Assembly (NCBI GenBank): GCA_902517885.1
Contig: CABYDZ010000002.1
Coordinates: forward strand, 71,805 to 135,804
Length of the DNA stretch: 64,000 bases
From: an uncultured Pelagibacteraceae bacterium
GTDB lineage: Bacteria > Pseudomonadota > Alphaproteobacteria > Pelagibacterales > AG-422-B15
Direction: 5' to 3'
Shown: positions 32,008-44,045 of the stretch, piece by piece
How the letters are laid out: the number at the start of each line of letters is the position of its first letter
How positions within the stretch are numbered: position 1 is the first letter of the stretch
The notes under the pieces: generated by a model
Told to the model about the DNA's origin: nothing
What the model saw: the letters and a program-made list of their open reading frames with translations, nothing else
Database searches by the model: none
Made by a program: the position numbers and the translations under genes

Positions 32008-32838
32008 ATGATAAATCTTAAAAAACAAAAATTTCTTATTATTGGCGCTGGAAATATGGGCTACGCAGTACTCAATTCATTGATTGAAAATAAGATATCA
32101 TCAAAAAACATCTTAATTATTGAAAAAAAAATCACACCAAAATTAAAAAAGTTAAAGTCAAAATATAATCTTAAAATTGTCAAAAATGTTCGGTTGCTTA
32201 AATATAAATTTGTACCATCTATTTCATTAATTTCTGTAAAGCCAAATCAATTAAACGCTGCAGTTGACAGTTCTTTAGAAAAATTTTTGGCTAATTCTCT
32301 TATTGTGTCGATCGTAGCAGGAAAGAAGATTTCTGATTTAAAAAAAATATTTACTCTAAATAAAGGCATTGTGAGAGCTATGACAAATACCCCAGCATCA
32401 GTCAATATGGGTACAACTCTCGTTTGTTTTGATAAAACAATTAAAAGTGATCAAAAGAAAATAGTTAGAAATTTCCTATCATTACTAGGGCAAATAAATG
32501 AAACTAAAAATGAGAAAGTTATTGACGATTTTACAGCAATCTTTGGTAGTGGCCCTGCCTATATATTTCTTTTCATTGAAACGCTTATTAAAATAGCTGA
32601 TAAGTCTGGGTTCAAAAATTCAAAAAATATGGTTCTTCAAACTTTTCTTGGGTCTCTTTTGCTTCTTTTTAATGAAAAAGATAGTCCAATACATTTAAAA
32701 AAGAGTGTTACTAGTAAGGGAGGAACAACTGAAGCTGCGCTAAAAATATTAGAAAACAAAAATGGCCTTAGTACTCTAATTTCTAAAGCCATAGATAAAG
32801 CAAAGAAAAGGTCCAGGGAGCTCAGTAAAGCTAATTAA
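32008..32838 (+). CDS. proC: pyrroline-5-carboxylate reductase
   Basis: It has an NAD(P) fingerprint (IIGAGNMG) and the C-terminal motif SKGGTTEAAL. Confidence 0.92.
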   Translation: MINLKKQKFLIIGAGNMGYAVLNSLIENKISSKNILIIEKKITPKLKKLKSKYNLKIVKNVRLLKYKFVPSISLISVKPNQLNAAVDSSLEKFLANSLIVSIVAGKKISDLKKIFTLNKGIVRAMTNTPASVNMGTTLVCFDKTIKSDQKKIVRNFLSLLGQINETKNEKVIDDFTAIFGSGPAYIFLFIETLIKIADKSGFKNSKNMVLQTFLGSLLLLFNEKDSPIHLKKSVTSKGGTTEAALKILENKNGLSTLISKAIDKAKKRSRELSKAN

Positions 32839-34127
32839 TTTTGTATTACTATAGCTACTTCCAAGCCACCTAAATAACTATCATGCAAACTTATTTTTCC
32901 GTTTATTGAGCCTAGTAGTGATTTAGTAGTTGCCAGACCTAAACCTGAATTTGTCTTGTTTTGATTTCTACTTTTGTCAATCCTATAGAAAGGCTTGAAT
33001 ACATTTGCTTTTTCTTCATCATCAATACCTGGACCGTTGTCGTGAATATTGATTTTAATCATTTTGCTATTCACCTCAGCTTTGATGATAATTCTGCCTG
33101 CTTTATCAATCGCATTATTCAAAATATTTGTAATTGACCGTACAAATACATTTTCATTTACCGTTGCAGCCTCATCGTTGAGTACCTCTAGTTCAATTTT
33201 GTGGTTCCTAAAATGAACATCATTTTTAATTTTAATGATAGCTTCAATAGGGTTAATCACAGACCTATCTTTTGAATCATCAGAGGCTGCGAAATCAAGG
33301 TATTCAATTAGCATTTCATTCATATGATTAATTTCATCATTAATATCTTGTTTTATATCCTTATTATCTAGTGTTTCTATTATTAGTTTCATTCTGGTTA
33401 AAGGTGTCTTTAAATCATGACTTACTCCAGCAAGCATTAGAGAGCGTTGATCAATTTGTTTTAATATTCGATTCTTCATTTTTATAAATTCTTTACCAGC
33501 CTGTCTAACTTCAAGGGCTCCTGAAATTTTAAAATTATCTAACTCTTGTCCTTTGCCAAATTGCTCTGCTGCCTTTGCCAAATTACTAATTGGTTTTACT
33601 TGATTTTTAAGAAATAAATAAGAAATGAGAACTAATATAAGTGCGGATATAATCTGCCAACCGAGAAAAATATGATTTCGAGCGGTAGTTATCCTATCTT
33701 TCGGAAAAGTAAGCATTATAAATGAGGAATCAAATTGTATAATCACTTCAATTGTATCATTAAGCGTCTCTTTGATTGAAAAAGGATTTTTAATTCTTGT
33801 GGCTAGTTCTTGACTAAAACTATTAAGAATTTGCGTATTATAATTTTCTGTCTCGATAAAAAATTCAAGCTGTTCATAAGTATTTATGTCAAACAGAAAT
33901 ATTTCATACATTTTAATTTTATCAATGTGAGAACCTCTGTCTTCATCATATTGTCTAGCTACCATTTGTATTTCCATTGCAACTGATCTTGACAGTCTAT
34001 TAAGAGTACGCTCCCACAAACTATTATAGTAGTAGGATAAAATAATTAATTGAAACATAACTATAGGAAACAAAACTATTAAAATTGTTCGGCCTAGTAA
34101 GCTTGTAGGAAGTAAATTTCTAAACAT
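32835..34127 (-). CDS. EnvZ-like sensor histidine kinase
   Basis: It has two TM helices, a HAMP region, an H-box (SHDLKTPLTR), an N-box (NILNNAIDKA), G1 (DNGPGI) and G2 (GLGLA). Confidence 0.9.
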   Translation of the reverse strand: MFRNLLPTSLLGRTILIVLFPIVMFQLIILSYYYNSLWERTLNRLSRSVAMEIQMVARQYDEDRGSHIDKIKMYEIFLFDINTYEQLEFFIETENYNTQILNSFSQELATRIKNPFSIKETLNDTIEVIIQFDSSFIMLTFPKDRITTARNHIFLGWQIISALILVLISYLFLKNQVKPISNLAKAAEQFGKGQELDNFKISGALEVRQAGKEFIKMKNRILKQIDQRSLMLAGVSHDLKTPLTRMKLIIETLDNKDIKQDINDEINHMNEMLIEYLDFAASDDSKDRSVINPIEAIIKIKNDVHFRNHKIELEVLNDEAATVNENVFVRSITNILNNAIDKAGRIIIKAEVNSKMIKINIHDNGPGIDDEEKANVFKPFYRIDKSRNQNKTNSGLGLATTKSLLGSINGKISLHDSYLGGLEVAIVIQN

Positions 34128-34130
34128 TAT

Positions 34131-34808
34131 CTAATCAATCCACAGTTCATATCCTGAACCTCTTTTTGTTCGCAAAAATCTAGGTATTTTGGGATTCTTT
34201 TCAATTTTCTTTCTTAACCTATTAATACATACATCTAATGTACGTTCCTGCGAAAAATTTAACTCCGTTATTAATTGATCTCTAGAAAATGACTTGCCTG
34301 GGTTAGCGGAGAGGAGTTGCAAAATTTTTAACTCATTTTGATTAAGCGATAAGTCTGCCGTTCTTCCTTTTATGGACCCACTTGATAAATCTATTACTAT
34401 ATTATCTAATTGGATCTTATTTTTAATATTTTTAGTTGATGTTTTATTAATTATGTTTCTTATTCTTAGTAGTAATTCCTTAGGTTCAAAAGGTTTACTT
34501 AAATAATCATCAGCACCAATTTCGAGTCCATGAACTCTATTCTCCGACTCATTCATAGCCGTTAGATGAATTATAGGCGTGAGAGATGACTGCCTTATAT
34601 CCTTTGTGAGCTCGTAGCCATCTTGTCCTGGCATCATGATATCTACGATTAGTAGATCAAAAACTATATACTTAAGTAACTCTTTGGCCTCTTCTGCATT
34701 AGCAGCAGTAGAAATAAGAAAGCTATGTTCTATTAAATATGATTTTAAAAGGTTTCTAATTTTGTCATCATCGTCAACAATAAGTAAGTGTTGTAGATTG
34801 TTATTCAT
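34131..34808 (-). CDS. OmpR/PhoB-family response regulator
   Basis: It has a receiver domain (LIVDDDD...IVDIMMPG...K) plus a winged-helix output domain ending RGSGYELW. Confidence 0.92.
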   Translation of the reverse strand: MNNNLQHLLIVDDDDKIRNLLKSYLIEHSFLISTAANAEEAKELLKYIVFDLLIVDIMMPGQDGYELTKDIRQSSLTPIIHLTAMNESENRVHGLEIGADDYLSKPFEPKELLLRIRNIINKTSTKNIKNKIQLDNIVIDLSSGSIKGRTADLSLNQNELKILQLLSANPGKSFSRDQLITELNFSQERTLDVCINRLRKKIEKNPKIPRFLRTKRGSGYELWID

Positions 34809-35313
34809 TATTTTTTTCTATTAAACTGTTTACTACCATATTAAATCCCTGAACAGCGTTAGCCCCAGATTTAACATAAGATTTTGAGAGTCTATCTATT
34901 AAAGGTTTAATAACATTATTTAATTTGTCTTTAGCAGTATCGGTGAGATATAAATTCTTTTTTCTGCCATCATCAGAATTAATTTTTTGAATAATAAATT
35001 TTTCCTTCAACAAACTTCTTAAAACTCTATTCAAACTTTGTTTTCTGATATCAAGAATATTTAACAGTTCATTAAATATTATCCCAGGATTTAAGTTTAT
35101 TATTAAAAGACATCTAATATCAGCCATGCCAAGCTGTTCATCATCTAAATTATTAAATATTTCTTTTTCAAATATTCTATTAGCTTCAAAAAAATTATTT
35201 AATGAAATTTTGATACGGTCTTCACGAAGATAGAGCAAAGAAGATGCTTTGCTATTGGATGTATTTAAGTCAGCCACTATGACATAGTTACGATAAAAAT
35301 ATATATTAATCAA
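34801..35313 (-). CDS. MarR-family transcriptional regulator
   Basis: It has a winged HTH segment (LLNILDIRKQSLNRVLRSLLKEKFIIQKINSDDGRKKNLYLT). It overlaps the response regulator gene by 8 nt. Confidence 0.75.
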   Translation of the reverse strand: MINIYFYRNYVIVADLNTSNSKASSLLYLREDRIKISLNNFFEANRIFEKEIFNNLDDEQLGMADIRCLLIINLNPGIIFNELLNILDIRKQSLNRVLRSLLKEKFIIQKINSDDGRKKNLYLTDTAKDKLNNVIKPLIDRLSKSYVKSGANAVQGFNMVVNSLIEKNNE

Positions 35314-35360
35314 GGAGTTTTTCTGTTATGTAATCTATTCTTAAATTAAATAAAAAATAT

Positions 35361-36242
35361 ATGGAAATACCACCATTTGATAACAGAGATGGCTTTATAT
35401 GGATGAATGGCAAATTTATTCCATGGAACGATGCTAAGTGTCATGTCATCACCCAGGGACTTCATTATGCAAGTTCTGTTTTTGAAGGTGAGAGGGCCTA
35501 TAAAGGAAAAATATTTAAATCTGATGAACATACAAAAAGACTATTTAAGTCAGCTGAAACAGTTGGCATAAAAATTCCCTACACTCAGGAAGAAATTAAC
35601 AAGGCTAAAGATGATTTAATCAGTAAGATGGGTTATCAAGATTGCTATGTTCGTCCAATTGCCTGGCGTGGAAGTCAGCAGATGGGATTATCGACATCTA
35701 ATGCTGATATAAATGTTGCCATTGCCGTTTGGGATGATTGGGCATCATATTTCAAAATTGAAGATAGAAAAGCGGGCCTAAGATTGATTACATCACCCTG
35801 GAAACGACCAGCACCTGATACTGCTCCATGTGAGGCTAAAGCATCAGGACCTTATGTTATTTGTACAATGTCAAAGGAATATGCGGAGAGCAAAGGTTAC
35901 AATGATGCTTTAATGCTGGATTACAGAGGTTATGTAGCCGAAGGAACAGGGGCGAACATATTTTTCATAAAAAATAAAACAATACATACACCTATACCAG
36001 ATTGTTTCCTAAATGGCATAACTAGGCAAACAGTTATTGAGATGGTGACAAAAAAAGGATTCTCAGTTGAGGAAAAACATATAATGCCGGATGAAATGGC
36101 TAACTATGAAGAGGCTTTTTTAACTGGGACAGCCGCTGAAATTACTCCAATACAATCAATTGATAGTATTCAATTTAAGACTGGCGATGAAAGTCAAAAT
36201 TTTCAGTTCATGCAAGATTATCACGATCTAGTAAGATCTTAG
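35361..36242 (+). CDS. ilvE: branched-chain amino acid aminotransferase
   Basis: This 293-aa fold-type IV aminotransferase has the HYASSVFEGERAY and FLTGTAAEITPI segments. Confidence 0.92.
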   Translation: MEIPPFDNRDGFIWMNGKFIPWNDAKCHVITQGLHYASSVFEGERAYKGKIFKSDEHTKRLFKSAETVGIKIPYTQEEINKAKDDLISKMGYQDCYVRPIAWRGSQQMGLSTSNADINVAIAVWDDWASYFKIEDRKAGLRLITSPWKRPAPDTAPCEAKASGPYVICTMSKEYAESKGYNDALMLDYRGYVAEGTGANIFFIKNKTIHTPIPDCFLNGITRQTVIEMVTKKGFSVEEKHIMPDEMANYEEAFLTGTAAEITPIQSIDSIQFKTGDESQNFQFMQDYHDLVRS

Positions 36243-36788
36243 TTAAAAAATCTTTCTATAGTATTGATAACCACTATATAACGACGCTATCATGGCAATC
36301 CATAAAAGCGCTATGCCAAAATTGTTAATTAATAATAAACTACTGTACACATCAGCCAAGAGTATCAAAAATAAGCCGCTCATTTGAGCTGCAGTTTTAT
36401 ATTTACCTAAATTTGATACAGGTATTTCTTTTTTGTTATCATCACTTGATGCATATTCTCTCAAGCCAGAAATAAATATTTCTCTAGCTATAATTAGATA
36501 TGCAGGTATCAGATGTATTCCTAACAACATGCTATCTGAAATAAAAGTAATCAAGATAAGAACTACAAAGAGTTTATCAGCGATGGGATCAAGCATTTTT
36601 CCAAAGTTTGATGTATTTTTCGTCTTTCTGGCAATTAATCCATCAAGATAATCAGTAATCGACATCACAATAAATAAAACTATTGATAAAAAATTTGTTA
36701 AATTTGAATCAGAAAAAATCAATATTATTAGGACTGGAAGCAGTACTATTCTTGAAATTGTTAATATGTTTGGCAACTTGGACATCAA
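36243..36788 (-). CDS. pgsA: CDP-diacylglycerol--glycerol-3-phosphate 3-phosphatidyltransferase
   Basis: It has the CDP-alcohol phosphatidyltransferase motif DYLDGLIARKTKNTSNFGKMLDPIADK. Confidence 0.9.
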   Translation of the reverse strand: MMSKLPNILTISRIVLLPVLIILIFSDSNLTNFLSIVLFIVMSITDYLDGLIARKTKNTSNFGKMLDPIADKLFVVLILITFISDSMLLGIHLIPAYLIIAREIFISGLREYASSDDNKKEIPVSNLGKYKTAAQMSGLFLILLADVYSSLLLINNFGIALLWIAMIASLYSGYQYYRKIF

Positions 36789-38617
36789 TCATTAAAGTAA
36801 GCATATATTTTTTCTGATAGCAACCTGCTTATTCCCTTAACCTTCATAATATCTTGAGATGATGCAGTTTTAATATTTTTAATTGATCCAAAATGATTCA
36901 GTAGTAGCTTTTTTCTTACTCGTCCCAGGCCTTCAATTGGCTCTAATTCTGATGTGTGCATTTCTTTTTTTCTTTTGTCTCTGTGAGCACCAATAGCATA
37001 TCTATGTGATTCATCTCTGAGCCTTTGCATAAAGAAAAATGAAGGTGTATCTTTCTTTATATAATTTTTCTTATCATTGAAAATAATCTGATCTAGGCTC
37101 TCCTTTCTTCCTTCGCCCTTAAAAATTGACGCTAATTTAATTTTATTCAAATTTTTCTCGTCTAATATTTTTTTAGCCAGATCATAATGGCCTTTGCCAC
37201 CATCTATTATGAGAAGCTCAGGTAAATTTTGATATTTTTTTTGATTTTTTATTGCTTCAGAAGAAAATCTTCTCTCTAGAACATGTCGCATCATGCCATA
37301 GTCGTCCCCAGGTTTAACCTTGTTTGAATCAATATTAAATTTTCTATAAGATTTTTTATCAAAACCTTCGTTTGAAAATACAATCATGGCTCCAACAGCA
37401 TTTTTGCCAAATAAGTGACTGTTATCAAAAGCTTCTATTCGATTAATATCATGGGTAATTCCTAAATCTTTTTTTAAGGCTTTTAAATTTTCTTTATCAG
37501 AGAACGACTGGGTAATATGATTTTTTAGTGATAATTCAGAATTCCTTATTGCATAATTAATGATTTCTAATTTTTTACCTTGTTTCGGGATCGAAAAATT
37601 TGTTTGATAAGAATAAATCGATTTTAGAGAGTTTTTAATGAGTTTAGAATTATTAATGGGAATATTTATGAGTACATTTTTTGGAGGTGAGTACTTTGTG
37701 TAAAAATCAACTATAAACCTCTCCAATATTTCATAAGTTTCAACTTCTTCTCCATGTTTTGGAAAGTATGATCTATTCCCCCAATTCTGGCCTGATCTGT
37801 ATATAAATACTTGCACGCAAGATTTGTTTCCTTTTCTTGAAATAGATATCACGTCAGTATTTTTAATGTCGTGCAAGTTTATATTCTGTTGACTTTGTAT
37901 TTGAGTTAAAGCTTCAATTTTATCTCTATAACTTGCAGCCTTTTCATAATTCAAAATTTCACTTTCTCTTTCCATCTTCTTTGAAAGCTCTGCCTGTAGA
38001 GTACTGTGATGGCCTGAAAGAAAATTCTCAGCATTTTTAACTGTTGAATTGTAGTCTTTTTTATTAATTGTATCATTTACACAAGGACCGCTGCATCGTT
38101 CAATTTGGTAAAGAAGGCAGGGTTTTGATCTATTTTCAAATATTGTGTCATCACATGAACGCAGTAAGAAAACTTTCTGTAATATTTTTAATGTATAATT
38201 AAGAGAGTTAATTGTTGCAAATGGCCCAAAATACTTTCCTTTAAATTTTTGCTTACCTCTATGTTTTGTAATTTGTGGATATTCCTGTTCATGGTTAATA
38301 AAGATATAAGGAAACGATTTGTCGTCACGAAGAAGTATATTAAATGGTGGCTTTAGTTTCTTGATTAAATTTGCCTCTAAAAGCAATGCTTCTTTTTCAG
38401 TTTGTGTAATTACAACGTCAATAGTTGATATTTTACTGACCATTCTTTTTATGCGGTTTGATAAATTATTAGCATTCAGGTAACTTTTAAGGCGATTTTG
38501 AATATTTTTGGCTTTGCCTACATAAAGTATTTCATCTTTTTCATTCAGCATTTTATAAATGCCTGCAGAAGTAGGGGATTGATTTATAATTTCTTTTAGA
38601 TTTTCTGTACTATTCAT
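36785..38617 (-). CDS. uvrC: excinuclease ABC subunit C
   Basis: It has a GIY-YIG domain (GIYKMLNEKDEILYVGKAKNIQNR), a UVR domain (YEKAASYRDKIEAL) and a C-terminal HhH region. Confidence 0.95.
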   Translation of the reverse strand: MNSTENLKEIINQSPTSAGIYKMLNEKDEILYVGKAKNIQNRLKSYLNANNLSNRIKRMVSKISTIDVVITQTEKEALLLEANLIKKLKPPFNILLRDDKSFPYIFINHEQEYPQITKHRGKQKFKGKYFGPFATINSLNYTLKILQKVFLLRSCDDTIFENRSKPCLLYQIERCSGPCVNDTINKKDYNSTVKNAENFLSGHHSTLQAELSKKMERESEILNYEKAASYRDKIEALTQIQSQQNINLHDIKNTDVISISRKGNKSCVQVFIYRSGQNWGNRSYFPKHGEEVETYEILERFIVDFYTKYSPPKNVLINIPINNSKLIKNSLKSIYSYQTNFSIPKQGKKLEIINYAIRNSELSLKNHITQSFSDKENLKALKKDLGITHDINRIEAFDNSHLFGKNAVGAMIVFSNEGFDKKSYRKFNIDSNKVKPGDDYGMMRHVLERRFSSEAIKNQKKYQNLPELLIIDGGKGHYDLAKKILDEKNLNKIKLASIFKGEGRKESLDQIIFNDKKNYIKKDTPSFFFMQRLRDESHRYAIGAHRDKRKKEMHTSELEPIEGLGRVRKKLLLNHFGSIKNIKTASSQDIMKVKGISRLLSEKIYAYFND

Positions 38618-38619
38618 TT

Positions 38620-39045
38620 TTAAGCGCGTGAGCGCTCAATTTCAATACCAGCACTCGCAGCCTCTTTTATTGCGTCTAATTTTTCTAGCCTAATTTTCAT
38701 TGTCTCAATTCTTTTATTTTTGAAACATTCTTGAAATATCTTTTCAGCTAACTTCTCAAGAAGAATTGTATGTCCAGCACCTATAATTTTTTTAATTTTT
38801 TTTGATATTTGATTATAGCAAACAACACTTTGTAATCTGCTGTCATTAATTGTTTTAGGGTTTTTAACTTTAGCAATAACATTTATTCTAAGTGGCTGTC
38901 GTTTCAACTTTTCATGTTTGTAGACACCAATGTTTGCGTCAATCATGAAATCATTTAAAAATATCAAATCATAACCTGACAACGGATCTACTAAATCCGT
39001 ATTTGATTTTAAATCTCTAATTTTTAGTACATTTTTATGATTCAT
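38620..39045 (-). CDS. folB: dihydroneopterin aldolase family protein
   Basis: The FLNDFMIDANIGVYKHEKLKRQPLRINV segment fits the FolB core pattern (iGv...E....Q). It lies next to a pteridine-reductase-like SDR. Confidence 0.7.
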   Translation of the reverse strand: MNHKNVLKIRDLKSNTDLVDPLSGYDLIFLNDFMIDANIGVYKHEKLKRQPLRINVIAKVKNPKTINDSRLQSVVCYNQISKKIKKIIGAGHTILLEKLAEKIFQECFKNKRIETMKIRLEKLDAIKEAASAGIEIERSRA

Positions 39046-39767
39046 GATAAATGCTCCCCCCCGTCAACGGCTATAAATTGACCTGTAATTGACTTTGATT
39101 CAAGCAGAAATTTAACTGATTTTGCTATTTCTTCCGGAGGTGAACCAATCTTTAAAATTGTATTTTTTAATGACTTATCAAAGTGTTTCTTTGATTGATG
39201 AATATTTTTTAAAGTTGGTCCGGGACCAATTGAATTAACTCTAATATTTGGAGCAAAAGATTTGGCTAATATTGGCGTTGCCGCATAAAGAGCAGCCTTT
39301 GCAATTGAGTAAGAAAGAAATGAAGTATCAGCGTTGACTACGTTTTGATCTAAAATATTTATGATATGCCCGTTGGAGTTTTTTGGTAAGTGCTTTTTGA
39401 ATTCTTTGGATAATATCAAAGGCGCATACAAATTTATATTCATATGATCGTACCACAAGCCATCATTGAGTGTTTCAATATTGTCATTTAAAAATAGAGA
39501 AGCATTGTTAACAAGAAAATCGACTGATCCATAAATTTTTTTTGATTTTAATATTATTTTTGAAACTTGACCTGGTTTATTTAAATCACACTTAATTATT
39601 TCACATTGATTTCCAGATTTTATCAGACTATTTTTTAAATCTTTAGCCTCTTTAATAGAGCTATTATAATGAATAACAAAATTTAGATTATTATTCCTCA
39701 AACTTAAAGCAATGGCTTTACCAATTCTTTGAGCTCCTCCAGTAATTAAAATAGTTTGTTTTTTCAT
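39042..39767 (-). CDS. short-chain dehydrogenase/reductase (pteridine reductase-like)
   Basis: It has the TGGAQRIGKAI cofactor motif and the catalytic YSIAKAAL (YxxxK) motif. Confidence 0.8.
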   Translation of the reverse strand: MKKQTILITGGAQRIGKAIALSLRNNNLNFVIHYNSSIKEAKDLKNSLIKSGNQCEIIKCDLNKPGQVSKIILKSKKIYGSVDFLVNNASLFLNDNIETLNDGLWYDHMNINLYAPLILSKEFKKHLPKNSNGHIINILDQNVVNADTSFLSYSIAKAALYAATPILAKSFAPNIRVNSIGPGPTLKNIHQSKKHFDKSLKNTILKIGSPPEEIAKSVKFLLESKSITGQFIAVDGGEHLS

Positions 39768-40696
39768 GATACTGAATAAGTTATATATACCACATATGAC
39801 ACTAGAAAACCCAAAGCAAATATTTTATTCAATTTCATTTTTAATAATGACATTGCTGTAATGATTAATGTCACCAATACCAACACATTAAGATGTATTA
39901 AATCTGTATTTTCTAATGAAAAATCTAAGTTTCTTGATTTAATTATTATTGCACCTGGCAAGAAAACAAAAAGAATATTCATTATATTACTTCCAATAAT
40001 ATTACCGATGCCAATAGAACCTTTTTTTCTTATGTAAGAAATTACTACAGTAGCTAGCTCGGGAAGTGAGGTGCCAATTGCTAAAATAGATATTCCTATT
40101 ATTGTCTCTTCTAATCCAAAAGCTGTAAATATATTAAGTGAACTGTCTAAAAATATTTTTCCACCAATAAAGATGCCAATAAATGAAAATAAAAGAATTA
40201 CATAGGCTCTATTACTAAATTCTTTGAATTTTACGTCTTCATTATCAGACCCATAATTTTTAAGAAGGTTCAAAAAGAGTATTACAAAAACTATTAATCC
40301 AATAATAATTAAAACGCTTAGAGAGCTTGCAATATAGAACATTGCTACAAAATAGGATGTCAGTATTAGCAAAAAAATAATATTTTTAAGTCCAATGTTG
40401 CTCAAATCTATTTTAAAAAAAAGTGAGGCAGTGCCTAAAATAAGTAAAATATTAGCAATGTTTGAGCCAATAATGTTACCAATTATCGCGTCTGTTGCTG
40501 GAATTTCTTTAAAAGCTGCGAATAAGGTAATAACAAGTTCCGGAGCTGATGTACCGAATGCAACAATTGTTAGTCCTATAAGAATAGGTGACAATTGGAA
40601 TTTTTTTGCAATTAAATCAGAGGAATTTATCATTACGTCAGCGCTGTAAAGCAATAGTGCAAGTCCAATCAATAGTATTAAAATATCGACAAACAT
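39764..40696 (-). CDS. Ca2+/Na+ antiporter (CaCA family, YrbG-like)
   Basis: The protein is polytopic with two alpha-repeats, GTSAPEL and GTSLPEL. Confidence 0.88.
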   Translation of the reverse strand: MFVDILILLIGLALLLYSADVMINSSDLIAKKFQLSPILIGLTIVAFGTSAPELVITLFAAFKEIPATDAIIGNIIGSNIANILLILGTASLFFKIDLSNIGLKNIIFLLILTSYFVAMFYIASSLSVLIIIGLIVFVILFLNLLKNYGSDNEDVKFKEFSNRAYVILLFSFIGIFIGGKIFLDSSLNIFTAFGLEETIIGISILAIGTSLPELATVVISYIRKKGSIGIGNIIGSNIMNILFVFLPGAIIIKSRNLDFSLENTDLIHLNVLVLVTLIITAMSLLKMKLNKIFALGFLVSYVVYITYSVS

Positions 40697-42751
40697 TTAT
40701 GTGAAATACTTCCTTTTACTTCTTCTATTCTTTTTATATTGTCTAAGATTATTCGGTGTCAATTCTAATTGATTATTTTCAAGCCTTTTTATTTCATCTC
40801 TTAACTTAGCGGCTTCTTCGAAATTCAAGTCATCGGCTAGATCAATCATGTTCTTTTTAAGCCCTTTGATATGCTTTTGCAAATTATCTCCTACAAGATT
40901 CTTATTCTCACCGTCTAATTCAACGTTAACCCTATCATTTTCATATATGCTCTCTAAAATATCACTAATATCTCTTTTAATAGTTTCAGGAGTGATATTA
41001 TTTTCTAGATTAAATTTTTTTTGAATCTCTCTTCTTCTATCAGTCTCTTTTATTGCTTTTTTAATACTCTCCGTCTCTTTATCGGCATAAAGAATCACCC
41101 GGCCATCGACATTTCTAGCTGCTCTTCCAATGGTTTGAACAAGCGATCTTTCAGATCTTAAGAATCCCTCTTTATCAGCATCAAGAATAGCCACTAACGC
41201 GCACTCAGGTATATCGAGTCCTTCTCTAAGTAAATTAATTCCAACTAGAACATCGAACATACCTTTTCTTAAATCTCTAATTATTTCAATTCTTTCTAAA
41301 GTATCGATGTCTGAGTGCATATACTTAACTTTAATTCCGTTCTCGTGCATATACTCTGATAAATCTTCAGCCATCCGTTTGGTCAAAGTTGTAACCAAAA
41401 CTCTATATTTCATATCAATGATTTTTTTACATTCGGATATAAGATCTTCAACCTGTGTTTTAGCAGGCCGAATCTCAATATCTGGGTCTATCAGTCCAGT
41501 TGGCCTAATGATTTGTTCAGTAAATACACCTTGAGTTTTCTGCATTTCCCAAGGCCCTGGCGTAGCAGAAATAAACAGACTTTGGGGCCTCATTGCTTCC
41601 CATTCTTCAAATTTTAATGGCCTATTATCAAGGCAAGATGGAAGTCTAAATCCATATTCGGAAAGTGTTGTTTTTCTGCTTCTGTCACCTTTATACATGC
41701 CTTCAAGCTGAGGTACTGTTACATGACTTTCGTCTACAAATAATAATGAATTTTCAGGCAAGTACTCAAATAATGTTGGCGGCGCTTCACCCGGTTTACG
41801 ACCAGACAAATATCTTGAGTAATTTTCAATTCCTGGGCAACTTCCAGTTGCTTCAATCATTTCTAAATCAAAACGCGTTCTTTCCTCTATTCGTTGAGCT
41901 TCAATTAATTTATTTTCTTTTTTAAATTCTGGAACTCTGAGTTCTAAATCCTTTCGGATTTGTTTAATTGCAGTTTGTAACGTAGGTCTTGGAGTAACAT
42001 AGTGACTATTTGCATATATTTTTATCGTTTCTAGCTCATCTGTTTTTTTTCCTGTTAAGGGATCAAATTCATTTATTGTTTCGAGCTCATCACCGAAAAG
42101 AGATAGTTTCCATGCTCTGTCTTCATAATGAGAGGGAAATATTTCTATAAGGTCTCCTCTAACTCTGAAAGTGCCTCTGTGAAAATCTGTATCATTACGT
42201 GTGTATTGAAGAGTAATAAGTTTTTGTATAATTTCATTACGTCCAATTTTTTGATTTTTTTCAAGTTTTATGGTCATGGACCGGTATGTTTCAACTGAGC
42301 CAATTCCATAAATACATGATACACTCGCAACAATAATAACATCCTTTCTTTCAAGCAATGACTGCGTAGCCGAGTGTCGCATTCGATCAATTTGCTCATT
42401 AATTGACGCTTCTTTCTCAATATAAGTATTTGATCTCGGCACGTAAGCTTCTGGAATATAATAATCGTAATACGAGACAAAATATTCAACTGCGTTATCT
42501 GGAAAAAATGATTTCATCTCACCATAAAGCTGAGCAGCTAAAGTTTTATTGGGAGCAAGAATCAATGTTGGTCTTTGAACTCTTTCAATGATTTTGGCCA
42601 TAGTGAATGTTTTACCTGATCCTGTTACACCAAGTAAGACTTGCTCCATTTCATTGCCGTTAATGCTTTTCACAATTTCTTCGATGGCCTGAGGCTGATC
42701 TCCTGCAGGGCTATATTCGGATGTGACTTTTAGTAGCTCAGTATTAGGCAT
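40697..42751 (-). CDS. uvrB: excinuclease ABC subunit B
   Basis: It has Walker A (GVTGSGKT), helicase motifs, and a C-terminal UVR domain ([15 protein letters not shown]). Confidence 0.97.
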   Translation of the reverse strand: MPNTELLKVTSEYSPAGDQPQAIEEIVKSINGNEMEQVLLGVTGSGKTFTMAKIIERVQRPTLILAPNKTLAAQLYGEMKSFFPDNAVEYFVSYYDYYIPEAYVPRSNTYIEKEASINEQIDRMRHSATQSLLERKDVIIVASVSCIYGIGSVETYRSMTIKLEKNQKIGRNEIIQKLITLQYTRNDTDFHRGTFRVRGDLIEIFPSHYEDRAWKLSLFGDELETINEFDPLTGKKTDELETIKIYANSHYVTPRPTLQTAIKQIRKDLELRVPEFKKENKLIEAQRIEERTRFDLEMIEATGSCPGIENYSRYLSGRKPGEAPPTLFEYLPENSLLFVDESHVTVPQLEGMYKGDRSRKTTLSEYGFRLPSCLDNRPLKFEEWEAMRPQSLFISATPGPWEMQKTQGVFTEQIIRPTGLIDPDIEIRPAKTQVEDLISECKKIIDMKYRVLVTTLTKRMAEDLSEYMHENGIKVKYMHSDIDTLERIEIIRDLRKGMFDVLVGINLLREGLDIPECALVAILDADKEGFLRSERSLVQTIGRAARNVDGRVILYADKETESIKKAIKETDRRREIQKKFNLENNITPETIKRDISDILESIYENDRVNVELDGENKNLVGDNLQKHIKGLKKNMIDLADDLNFEEAAKLRDEIKRLENNQLELTPNNLRQYKKNRRSKRKYFT

Positions 42752-42802
42752 TAATTATGTATTTTTTCAATTTTAGTTGAGTATACTTAATTTCTAATAT
42801 AA

Positions 42803-44044
<1,242 letters not shown>

Positions 44045-44045
44045 T

